This document shows, one piece after another, positions 51,801 to 63,500 of a stretch of DNA of 64,000 bases. Below the pieces are notes generated by a model, which was not told the origin of the DNA, ran no database searches, and was given only the letters and a program-made list of their open reading frames with translations. Source of the DNA: Monocercomonoides exilis PA203 (lineage: Eukaryota > Protista > Preaxostyla); contig LSRY02000033.1 in assembly GCA_001643675.2 (NCBI GenBank), forward strand, positions 62,001 to 126,000, given 5' to 3'. A program made the translations under genes and the position numbers. How positions within the stretch are numbered: position 1 is the first letter of the stretch; each line of letters starts with the position of its first letter.

Positions 51801-52766
51801 TTGGAAGAAGATGAAGATGATATTTCAAGGAAGCGGACTCCATCCCCATCCATCTCATCCACTTCAACAACTTCAACCACTGATACTTCAGACACAGAAT
51901 CCACGTTTGTTCGGAGAGAGGACTTGTGCCCCACCACCTCATCGATGTCGAATCTGGTGGATGCAATGGCCTGTTCGTCTCCTCATGAGAAACTGATTGT
52001 AGATTTGAGGGATTCATTGTTCATGTTGCTTCATGGAAGGAATGAGAAGAAAGAGATGGCAATAGGCACGTTGAAGGAGAGAGAAGTGACAGCTGCTCAG
52101 ATCCTGTTCTGGGTGGCTAATCTTGCACTTTACTCATTTGATGAAATGGAAAATCCTCTTTCTTCTCTTTCCAATTTGAGCCCTCACATTGTTCTTTTCT
52201 CAGAACATATGGTGATCTGCATTGTGATGCATTCCGACTTTTCTTCTGACGATGATTCCTCATCCATCTCTTCATCGACTGTTGTAACATCTGCAAGTGA
52301 TGATAGTGACTCTCTGCCCTCTTCTGCGTTTGAGGATGATGAAGACAACAGGAAGGAATGCATGCGATGGAAGGCGCCGGAGCTGCTGATGAACAAGAAG
52401 ATGGATGCAACGAAGGAGTCTGTTGCATTCTCGATTGGAATGTTGTGGGAATGCTTAACATTAAAGATTCCATTTGGTGAATACGAAGCCGAAGTTGCTG
52501 GGCAGAAGATAGTCAATGGAGAGAGGCCAAGTGTTGAAGCCATTGGAGAGAGCAGCTTGAAGGGTTGTGTGATGTCGAGTTTTGCGACTTGCCCATCAGC
52601 GAGGCCAACACTCATCGATGCCAAAAGAGTGTTTATTGTGCGTTTTCCGGCAGATGCTGCTGTGCTCACAATGTCTGATGCCGTTGATATTGAGCAGTTA
52701 TCGGATCGTGATGACTCATCTGGAAGGTTTATTGAAAGCGACAATTCTTCGACACTCACAAGCTGA
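45881..52766 (+). pseudogene. Disrupted intronless receptor-like gene: signal-like N-terminus, Cys/Ser-rich beta-helix-type ectodomain (GGA/GGG and CG-x-PC repeats), single TM, degenerate kinase C-lobe; the 3' 1,022 codons remain open
   Basis: Collinear ORF pieces are joined by frameshifts (T-run ~47250; ~48440) and in-frame stops (TAA 47497, TAA 47905, TAG 48528, TGA 48903, TAA 49695). TM: LLLIIIVLVVVLFIVLIVSVVLAV followed by RWRKQKRR. Kinase subdomain VIII-XI remnant: RWKAPELL..FSIGMLWECLTLKIPF..NGERP. Confidence 0.8.
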
Positions 52767-54439
52767 ACTGTTTCCCACACGACAACCGCAATGTTGTGAC
52801 TTCCAAAGCAGAAACTGCAAAATTGAAATTTCAGTAATTTTATTTAATGCGAACGAAGCCCCAGAGTCTGTAAAGAAAGTGATTTTTTTTTTTTTTTTTT
52901 TTTTTGCATTTTTTGTTGAAGTCACTGGCTTCAAGAAGCTGATGAAGTTTCCACAGATAAATTGCTTTGGGATATCAATTATTCTTTTGCAGATGGATGT
53001 GATGGCTTTTGATGACGAGGAAAGGAGCATCATCGGTGGACAATTGGTAGTCATGGACGAGTCGGATTTGCTTGTCTCATTTCGCATTCTTCATTGTTAA
53101 CTTGATTTTGCTCTTTGCCTCCATCCCAGAAACTCTTGCGATTTTCGTTTTCTTTTTGTTCAATCTGCATCTGTAAAAACATTGTAATTGCCTTTGAAGA
53201 ATGCAAAGCTCTTTTCATCACTTGTTGTTTGTCAAAAATTCTCTTCGCCTGAGTTTTTTTGTTTCAATTCAATGACGATTTCTTTTCTTTGAATCAAAAT
53301 CGTTCCAAGCCACCTAAATGTGCATTCTTTCATTCTCTTTTCTTTTTCTTTTCTTTTTCTTTTCTTTTCTTCTTTTTCCTTTTTTGTTGGAATTGAACAA
53401 AATAAAATCCTTATAAAAGTGATTGACTTACCTGCAAAACATTATCGAATATGTCTTTTGGAGCAACAATTTCCTTCAGCTGCAAGATTTCTTCATTTCA
53501 TAAAAATCATCTCTTGAATTCTTTTCTGAACATCATTCTTCCAAAATTGATAGCAATTGAAAAACACGTCAAAAAAAACATTGCTTCTTTCATCTGCTTT
53601 ACACGTGTCCTTATGGTTTGTTGAATTTTCTGAAAAGGAGCAAAAATTATACAATGTTTGCATCTTTTCTTTTGTCACTCTCCAATCTGACAATAATTTT
53701 CCGATATTATTTGCTTCTTGTTCATACTTTTTTGCTGTGCCTTTTGTAACACGGAGAGTGTTTTTATAGAAACACTTGCTATATAGAAGTGAAGTTCCGA
53801 CAATAAAAGAGCAACTTTTTAATATCTTTTTTGAATATTGTCTTCCATCTTCAACACATATGTAACCCTCTAATTTATACTCTAGTTAATCACATCAAGC
53901 ATCTTATACTGTTTCTCTAATTCAATAAATTAGTAACAAACATTATTATCTCAAATATTATGGGACTGATAAAATAAAATAAATCTTTTTGAATTCTTTT
54001 AACATTTTTTTTTCTAAACAAAACTCTATTTCTCAATTTGAGCATCAGCATCATAAAAAAATAATATAAAATAAAAACTATTATATTCTGTCTAATTTTT
54101 TTTTCTTTCCTGATGACAACTTTAGCCATAGTGACTTGATGCATTTTTGGAATTATCAAATTTTGCTTTTGAAAAAGATTTCTTTTTCTTTTTCTTTTCT
54201 TTTTTTTGCGTCTTTTTTCTTTTTGACTATCACCTTTTTGCTTTTCCAAAATCCGATATCTCTTGAAAAAAGAAAAAGAAACTCACATATTGATGAATTC
54301 AAAATTATTTTTCACAATCCAAGAAACAATTTCAACGAAAAAAAAATTATCATCCAAAATAAAAAAATAAAAGGCTTATGAGTTATAAAAGCGAAAGATA
54401 TTATAATTTTGAATTGAGCTTTGAGCATTGAATCAAGCT

Positions 54440-56682
54440 TTATGCAAAATATAAAAACCAGTCGACTTTAATAAAAAAAACAAATATGTGCAAAAATGAA
54501 CATTGTTTAAACAATAATAATAAAAAAAGAAGCAAACCATGAAAGACGAGAAGGTAATATTTGATAAATTCTAAAATTCTTATAATTCTTTGCCTTACGG
54601 AACTTGGAATTCTTTTGTAGTACCACAACCGTTGATCAAATATATTTTCTATTTCATGAAGCTCTAAGGTTGATGGTGGAATAAAAGAAGTGTCGGTTAT
54701 AAAATTTGGCCTGTTTAAACGAATAAATGATGAGGGGATGTTATTTACATGAAGAGAAAGCGAATTAGATTCAATATCTGATGGATTTTGCATTGATGCA
54801 GGTGAAAGCGCAGATGAGCTTGGATTGTTTGAACACTCCTTTTGATTCTCTCTATTGATTACCATCATATCATTATCATCTTTCTCTTTCACCTCAATAC
54901 TGTGCGTTTCTTTGCGCTCAAGCTCAAAATTGCACCCATCTTCACAGCTGCAAGTGTTGCTGTTAGAGGCAGTGTTGTCGTCTGATGATGATGATGATGA
55001 TGATGATGATGCAGAACGTTGATGATTTGGATTCTTATCAATTGGCTCTCTGCACACAGGGCACATATACCCATGCTTTCTGATCCATTTTCTCAGACAT
55101 CTCCGATGCACCATGTGCCCACAGGATGCAATTGTCACCACATTCAATTTCTCAAAAAAGTCTTCTTTCACTCCCAGATGGACTTGCTTACCAATCAATT
55201 GTGATTTTCTGATATTGTGAAAAGACGGATCAAACTCAATCACACAGGTTGAACTGTTCTCGTCGAAATGATTCATTTTTTCGAGGATTGCTGGTCGAAT
55301 GCTGTTGTCTTCAATAGCCCTCCCGAAACAATGCGCAGCATACATTCTTTTCTGAGAAATAATTGAAATGAATATTCAAATGATAAATTCAAATTGTCAA
55401 AAGATAGAAATTAATTGAAATGGATTATTAAACAGCAAGTTAATCAAAAACATTGAAATTTATTTCAGAAAAAGGAAATGTCGTTTAAATTATTGAAAAT
55501 TATTATGAATAAAATTCAAGAGAATAAAAAAATAAAATACAATAAAAATATATTTAAATCACATACAAAGCAGTTTATGTACTCACAAAATTTTTTTCGA
55601 TAGGATCGATAACAACATGGACAAAATGTGAATATTTCTGGATGCTTTTGTGTGTTCCCATCCAACAAGTCGCGTCTTTCACTTTCCTAACAATAAAGGC
55701 AAAAAATAATGTGTTAACATATTGAAAAAGAAAGAAAGAAAGAAAGAAAAAAGAAAAGATTTCTATTTGAAAATCATACAATCCAATTTATGTTTGATGA
55801 TATGTCTTTTGATGCTAAGCGAATAGAAGTTATAATTGTCAAAAAAAGAATGATGGATGGAATTCCTTTCATTGCATTATTCACATTAGTCAGTGCTAAA
55901 AACAACTTATGAATAGCATTAACAGGTCTTTTTTTAAAATATGTCATGACATTCTTTCACCAACAATTGCAGTACAGATTTTTGTGTGTTTGTCAAAATT
56001 ATGTCAATTGAATAAATAAATAAATATTAAGTAAATTGGGAATAATAAACTGCTCACATCTATTTTCTCGTCTTCGTCTGAACATTTTTTTGTGCTAAAC
56101 ATTTTCTTAATAAGCCGCTCTTTTGAAATTTTTGAACGTTTTGCCCCAATGTCAACATCAGCAACAAATCCATCCTCTCTTTAAATAAAATATAAATTTT
56201 AACTTTTTCCATCGATAATAATATATAACGAATCAAACGTCATCAGTATCAAAGAATTTGTAACAGGTTTTTGATATTTTCTTCTCCATTCATCAACAAT
56301 TTTATGTGCCAACGATCTGCATCTTTCTTTTGTCTCGCAATCTTGCTGTTTAAAAGAAATGAATGGTATGAGAGAAAGAAAATTTGCAAATAAGCAAAGA
56401 AAATTTCATAACTGGAACAAATATCAAAGACAGTTGTCTATTCTTTTCTTTTCCAACTGATCTTACAATTTTTAACAGTTCAACGAACCTTTCCATGCTA
56501 ATGGTGTGCGTTAAATCGCATATTTCCATTGGAGGTAAAATGTCAACTGCTAAATAATCAGTTAAAGATGAAATCTCGCTTTTTTTAAAACATAAATTTG
56601 GCTCAATTCTTGGATCTGGAACTCCTTCAGCAAACAATGATCCAAAAACATATATAATCACAAACATATTAAATAATTTCAT
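54440..56682 (-). CDS. Multi-exon protein with a signal-peptide-like N-terminus, an atypical RING-H2 finger and a hydrophobic C-terminal segment
   Basis: MKLFNMFVIIYVFGSLFA at 56682. The exon overlapping the 301-aa ORF has SCGHMVHRRCLRKWIRKHGYMCPVCREPI, with an acceptor TTCTCAG at ~55352. Internal exon boundaries and the linkage of the 5' exons are not resolved. Confidence 0.65.
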
Positions 56683-57446
56683 TCTACAAAAACAAAAATT
56701 TAACACAAAATAACGAAAAAATGAAAAAGCAATATTCAGTTATTTTTTATGGGAATATCAGTAAAATATTTTATAATTTTATTTTTGAAAAACTTTTTAA
56801 AATATTCAATATGACGATCAGGTTAATATGAAAGTTGTTAACACAGGTGATTTCCAAAAAACAGAGGAAATTTGTTGTTGTTATTGTAATAACAACTTTT
56901 CTTTTCGAAAAAAAAAAGAGAAGAATGAATGCGTTTGCAAGCAATTCATCGTAACTTAACAATCAATGTGATATACATTTTCATTTTCATTTTTAAAAAT
57001 TGAATGACTCATCTTTATTTGTTTTTAGCTAAACAAAAATGGACTATGACTAATTTTTTCCAAATATTTTATCAAACTCTCAAAAGATAAAGCTGATACG
57101 AACATCAAGAAAAATAGTCGTATAAACATTTGTTTTAAACTTTGTGGAAATGTTAAAATGTTCACAATATTTCTTGTTCTTTTTTTTCGATAATAATTGA
57201 TTTCCTTCCTTTAAATATCTTTGATCTTGTCAAATAATAAATTATCTTTGATAGATGAGAACTGATAAAATATTTTAAAAAAGGTAACGTATGCTCGATA
57301 TACTTTATTATCTTTTCACGTGTATTTATTAATTTGTTTTTCACAAAAATTTAAAATGCATTTTGGTGTAATAATTTTATTTAATATTTAATTTTCATTT
57401 TTTATTATCAGAAAAGTTTCAGCATAAAATAATTAATTTTTGATAT

Positions 57447-59774
57447 ATGACTAACCTAGAAGCTAAAACAACTTATTTGCATAATACTTATTTTTTTAAT
57501 TCAACGCAGTCTTTTATTTTATCAAGAGATCCAAAACGCCTTTATTCAAGGAGAGTCACTTCATCAAAATCAAATGCTTCTAGCGAAATTAGCGTTCATT
57601 CAAATATTTCCACTTCTGTTCCATTTTATATTATGGATAGTTTTTGTGAATCTGAAAATTTTCTTAAATGCAGCAATGATGAAGTTTATCCAAGGAAGTT
57701 TTCCGAAAGAGCCTCATGCTTAATGTCAAGTGACAATAAAAATACATCGTTATATCAGAATGCAATGAGATCTCAATTTGATGCAGATGACTGCTTTCGA
57801 AAATTGCAAGTTCATAATACCAGTTTTTTCTCTGATGAACCTGATGAATTGACAAAGTCTTTCGCAACACCAAGTCAAAAAGTGAAAAATGAATTCCTCG
57901 GACACATAAAAGAAAATGCATTAAATATTTATGATAAAGCAGAAAACCGTTTCAGATCCACTATCACTCTTACAAAGGAAGACTTTCTCGAGGAGTGTCG
58001 CAAGCTTCTTTTGAAAAATGATATCTCTCCTCCAGACGAAGCAACCCCATCAAGACAATCACAAACCAGTAAGCTCAACACGATTCCAACGATTCAGGAG
58101 TCAATATCTCCGCTAAGCAGCGACTCTGAGAAGCTCTCCTCTTCAAGCGTTTCTTCCACCGATGTGACTCGCCGCATTCTCGATGCCTCTTCTCGCATTC
58201 AAGTGGAAGAGCTGTTGCGCAGATGGAAGCCGCTCCCTTCTCAAAAGCGCAGCATGTGCTATGCTGTTGACAGAGTGGAGGACGGAGTGAAAGTGTCTGG
58301 CGTTGTTGAAGCAGTCCGCGAGAGGATGATTGAGCAGTGGCACAATAGAGACATTAAACGCAAACAGATGACAGAGGCAGACGAACAGCAGAGGAGAAAG
58401 TTACGACAAAGAAATGCGAAAAAGGAAGTCAGAGAAGCAAAGGAGTTTTACAAGCTATTTGGAGAGTGGGTAAGGAAGGATTGGGAAGATGAAGACGAGG
58501 ATGAGGAAGAGAAGAGGCTGTGGCGTGAAGCGGAGCTGAAAGTTAAGCAGAAAGAAGAAGAAAAAGAAGAGAAAGATGGAAATGATTCTGTGCGAGGGAT
58601 GACTTTGGAAGAGCTGAGGCGATGCTTGGATGATGCACAGAAAATGGACGATAGAGAAGAAATTGAGCTGATGAATGAAATTATGAAAAAGGAAAAGTTG
58701 GAAGAGAAAAGAATGCTGGAAAAGGAGCTCACGCCTCTTGACAGGTACTTCTTAATGCAAAGGAAACAGTACACAAAAAAGAAGGAAAAATTGCTTTCAA
58801 AGTCGTCTCAACTGGACTCTTCTTGTGGAGACGGAAAAATTGATTCAGAGAAAGAAGAAGAAGAAGAAATAAACACATTGCAGTTTCAGTTATTTGAGGA
58901 AGACAACAAAGATTCACATTCGATTGAATTGCAGTCTTATTCAGGTTCACATCCCGATAGCTATACATTGGAAGAAGATCACTTTAACAATAAAGCCATT
59001 ACCAGTATTCAAGATGGCACTTTATCTGAGTCAAAAGGCACTTTCACTGCACTTCATTCATTTGCTGCTCATTCTTCTCCACTTTCTGTCTCTTCTCGAA
59101 AGAAACGAATTGATTTGCCGCTTCTGCATACACCTTTTGTTTCGACTTTGGAACAACAACAACAGTTATCTGAATACAAAACTGGAATTATCAAACATTT
59201 TGCAAACAATAAGCATTTAGGGAATTGCAATGCAAATCTTCCTTCTTTGGATGTGAATTCGATAAAAGCCTTAAATTCTCATTCAACTTCATTGCATGAA
59301 TCGAAATATTTATCCGAGCCATTTTTTACTTTTCAAAACTTTTCGGCAGAATTATCAAATGATGAAAATGAGAACAACTTCAACATTTCCAACAATTCAT
59401 CTTCGATTCTCGTTACTCCCTTTCAATTTCCTTTTTCAAACAAAATTCAATCTCAAACAGCATCTCTTTCACGGCTTCGAAAAGAAAAGCTAACTGATTT
59501 TCGGAATGTGAACAAGAAAAGAATGAAATTCATGTCTCAGCCAACAGAATTGAGGCGGAAGATGTTGTGGGTATTTGATGAGACGGTATACGTGGCAAAG
59601 CACAACAGACACGGGAAAAAGCAGAGAAAACCAATGGAAGTCTTAAAGGCACAGCAGGAAAGAGAAAGTTCTCAGACAAATGTAAATTTTGATAGAACGC
59701 TTGAAGATGTGTCATATTCATGTGTTATTGATAATTCTTCGTTTATGCAATCAATTGTGTATTTATTTTATTAG
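57447..59774 (+). CDS. Hypothetical 775-aa protein with a central charged, coiled-coil-like region
   Basis: Single long ATG-to-TAG ORF with higher GC than its flanks; no recognisable domain. Confidence 0.75.
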   Translation: MTNLEAKTTYLHNTYFFNSTQSFILSRDPKRLYSRRVTSSKSNASSEISVHSNISTSVPFYIMDSFCESENFLKCSNDEVYPRKFSERASCLMSSDNKNTSLYQNAMRSQFDADDCFRKLQVHNTSFFSDEPDELTKSFATPSQKVKNEFLGHIKENALNIYDKAENRFRSTITLTKEDFLEECRKLLLKNDISPPDEATPSRQSQTSKLNTIPTIQESISPLSSDSEKLSSSSVSSTDVTRRILDASSRIQVEELLRRWKPLPSQKRSMCYAVDRVEDGVKVSGVVEAVRERMIEQWHNRDIKRKQMTEADEQQRRKLRQRNAKKEVREAKEFYKLFGEWVRKDWEDEDEDEEEKRLWREAELKVKQKEEEKEEKDGNDSVRGMTLEELRRCLDDAQKMDDREEIELMNEIMKKEKLEEKRMLEKELTPLDRYFLMQRKQYTKKKEKLLSKSSQLDSSCGDGKIDSEKEEEEEINTLQFQLFEEDNKDSHSIELQSYSGSHPDSYTLEEDHFNNKAITSIQDGTLSESKGTFTALHSFAAHSSPLSVSSRKKRIDLPLLHTPFVSTLEQQQQLSEYKTGIIKHFANNKHLGNCNANLPSLDVNSIKALNSHSTSLHESKYLSEPFFTFQNFSAELSNDENENNFNISNNSSSILVTPFQFPFSNKIQSQTASLSRLRKEKLTDFRNVNKKRMKFMSQPTELRRKMLWVFDETVYVAKHNRHGKKQRKPMEVLKAQQERESSQTNVNFDRTLEDVSYSCVIDNSSFMQSIVYLFY

Positions 59775-60532
59775 AAGAAAATATTTTAATTGTCATCTAA
59801 GTTTTGGTTGTGAATGGTTGAATTACATTTCAATTTTGTGATTTTTTGTATTTGTTCTTATTTCTTTTCTTTTCTTTTCTTTTTTTCTTTTTAAATTTTG
59901 AAAAATTGAAAGCAAAAATTAGGTTGATTTTAACATTTTTTGTTATAAAAAAGTTTCAAAAAGAATAATGATATTTATTCGTTCATAAATTTTATTGGAA
60001 ATATTCTGACATTGAATTCATATCAAATAATGTGAAAAGCAATCAATGGAATTTTCTTCAAAAAAATAAAATACATAAGAATTGAAAAATTCAGTACCAT
60101 ATAAAATGCTAGTTGTAAAACATATAAAGAAACATAATGACAATAAAATTTTCATATTGCTATAAGCGCATACACAAACTAATTCATTCAAAAGAAAAGA
60201 AATACATAGCAAACTCCAAAACACAAACAAAATGAATGTGCATTTAACGAACTCATCAAATTTTTTTTGTTGTTTTAATAATAACTTTCGCTACGACAAA
60301 CATAATGAAAATAAAAAACTGAAATCATACATAATGATGATGCAATAAATAGACAAGGATAGAAAATTCATACATAATTATACACTAAAAGACGAGTTTT
60401 TGAAACGAAAAAACATTCCAACACATTAAAAAAATTCTAAATCTCAAATAAACAAAAGAAAATAAAACTAAAGAAAACACGAAATCTTCAATTTAGTTTT
60501 TTCTTTTCTTTCAAAATCGAAAAGAAAATATG

Positions 60533-63500
60533 CTAACTAATTGAACCTTCCAGATCCGTGGTGTTTGCCGTGTGTGTCTCGTCGTTCTTATGAATATTCT
60601 GCTCGCTATTCTCCCCTGACTTGCACAGCAACGCCACAATCTCTTTGCTTGTTCTGATCGTGTCATCCACTTCTGAGTCCAATGGATTCATCACAGACAA
60701 TACACTTATCACCAGCAACACAATGCCACACACATACTGCGCAATCATCACATGTTTTTTTGTTTCTATCTCCCCGATGCTGCACTCCACAATCAGCGAC
60801 AGATAGTTCTGCAGCCCCGTCAGCCCATCAAGCCGGAGCAGCTTGTGAATCACTCCAAACGATATAAGCGTCGGCTTCAGCACCGTGTCATTCTGCTCAA
60901 TGCTCAGTTTCTGCGCATTCACCACAACTGCATCCATGATGCTGTCCAGCCCCACAAAGCTCGGGTTGATCCCTCCGATTCTGTCTGGCTTGCACTCCTC
61001 TTCCTCTGCAAGAAAGCATCCGCTCTTTTTCAAAGACAGCTCGTCCAGCTGCTTCCATCTGCCCCGCGTGCGCTTCACAACAAGGCTGTCCACAATCTCG
61101 TCACTTGTCAGCGTTAACCCACCGTCTGGCTTTTCCAGCGACTTTGCAAGCGACTCAGAATCTGAGCCAAACAGCAGCTTTGTGTTCAGATAGGAGAAGT
61201 ACTGTATGTGTTTTGCGAGCAGCAGTGACATCTCCTGCCAGTCGTTTGAGGCGTGCTCCATTCCTTTCCAGTGTGGGATGGTTGATTGCACCGTTGACAG
61301 GTTGCCGACAAGCACAGGTGTGTCTCTGTGAACCAGCTGTTGTGCCAGCAGGCCTATCTGCAGGGCAGACACCCCTCGCAGCACGGCTGCAAGTGTCGTG
61401 GGACCGAACGAGGAAAAGGAGTACAAAGCAACTAGCACAGGAGACGCGATCAAGAGGATGCTGAAAGCTGCACCCGCAAAGCCGATGGTGGCGAGAACAG
61501 GGAAGCATTTGGATAGTGGGTGCTTCAGTGCATATGTCTGCTCGACAACATCGTTGATTTCCTCGTCAGCGAGAATTGAATGTGTCAGTTTCTCTGCTGA
61601 AAGCAAGTTTTCTGTGGATGCCTTTGAAAAGTGGGTGCGGAGGTTGAGCGGCTGAAAGGATGCGATTGATGAGAGGAAAGAGAGAGAAGCTGAGGGAGAC
61701 ATGGAATTCTGTTCGGAAATGATGGGCGATACAAAAGTGGATGTGATTGGTGATCTTTGACGTGCAAAAGCTCTGGCATTTGTTGCATTCGCTGCATTTG
61801 GATTACCCTGTGTTGCTTGTGTGTTTAGTGAGTTTTGAACATTCTGAGGATTTTGAATGGTTTGTCCGTTTTGGTTATTGAAAGCATTCTGTGTGTTAAG
61901 CGGAGAGGACTTGCGTGAAGGAGCATCGGGATGTCGCATAAATACGATATCGCTGCTTTCTAATTTGCTTGCCACATGCTGTGCAGCTGATTGAGAAGGA
62001 GGACGAGGCGGTAAAAAATGAACATGGGAAAGAATACCACTGGAAGATGAAGATGAAGAAGAAGAGGAAGAAGATGAATCTTGCGCATTCGACTCTGTTT
62101 CTGATGTCATCACCGACGGAGGTAAGCCAACCTGGCGCTGCTGTGTGCTGTTGAATTGACTGCTCAGACTCAGCAGATTCGCCTGTTTCCCGTCCATTGA
62201 AGACGACATAAACATCGCTACGTCTGCTGGCTGCACACTCTGCTTCTTCTTGTTCAGCAGCAGCTGCTCCTCCTTCAGAACAGCTGGATCCAAAATGCTC
62301 GGAGAGTCTGAATGTGTTGAGCCTTCATTTTTAATCAACGACGAGTCATCCCCTCCGCATTTGGGGATGAAGAGAGAATATTGCTGTTCCATCCTCCCTT
62401 CTGGACGCTGCACTGCCTCAGAAACAAGCGGGAAATCGACAAGATGGTTGCCTCCTGCCATTTTCACCCCATCCGCTGACAGATTCGATGCCTTGTCCAT
62501 CCCTGCACCGTCTTCCAGCTCGATTTCGTTTCTTGTCAGGTTCTCTCCATTCATAATCCTCTCAGCCTCCATCAGCCTCTTCTGCACATGCTCCTTCTCA
62601 CTCAAACACAATTGCAGCACAGACTCTCTCCTCGTTCGTGATATCTTTCTCACATTCAGATAGTACATCACCAGCACTGCCACACAGCACCCCACCGCTT
62701 CTACTGCAATCAGCACCGTGGCAACAATTTCAGCTGTCTGCAAGTCTCTCGCCAGATCATCCAGCACACTCGTCAGCGTCTGCTTGAATGCCTCAGTGAC
62801 ACCCACAGGTGCATTCAGCAGGATCAACAGAAGAGACTGCACTTCCTCTTCTGGTGACTCAATCTGCGTGTCAATCACAAAATGTCCCGCCGCAGCAAGC
62901 TCGCCGACAAGATCGACAAGGCCAAATTTACTTGGGAAGAGATACACCACTTTTGAGGCAGCGTTCTGGATGGTGGAGACGGTTGAGAACAGATGCTCCT
63001 TCCAGCAGGAGAACTTGAGGGGCGTTTCGTCGTAGGCTTTTTTCAGGTAGTAGTTGATGTGAGAGGTGATAGTCTTCATCTGCTTGTGGAGGACGGGATC
63101 ATCATCTAGGAATGGGTGATCAGAAATGCTTTGGGTGAGGAGAACGTTTGGGCGGCTTGACGACGACGATGATGATGATTGAAATGAAGATGGGATGCTG
63201 GTAAGAGGAGGAGGAGAAGGTGGAAATGAATGTTGATCCATAAGTTGTGATGTATCAAGGGATTGAGATGATGAAACTTCAGAGTTGGATGAGCAGAGAG
63301 AGGAAAATTGGTTGTTATGATTTAGAGATGTCGATTGAAGTGAATTAGAAGAAAGATGTGGAGGTGTTGATTTGATTGGTGTTGAGGGAGATAAAGAAGA
63401 CAAAGAAGACAAAGAGGAATGAGAACAGGGAATAGAAGACAAATTCTCACTATGATTTAAATGAACTTTTTGATGAAATTCGCTCGAATAAAAATGAGTG

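Noticed and set aside
53917-54249. 110-aa Lys-rich minus ORF
   Set aside because: Non-ATG start, homopolymer-driven composition and no motif; it might be a terminal exon but this cannot be supported.
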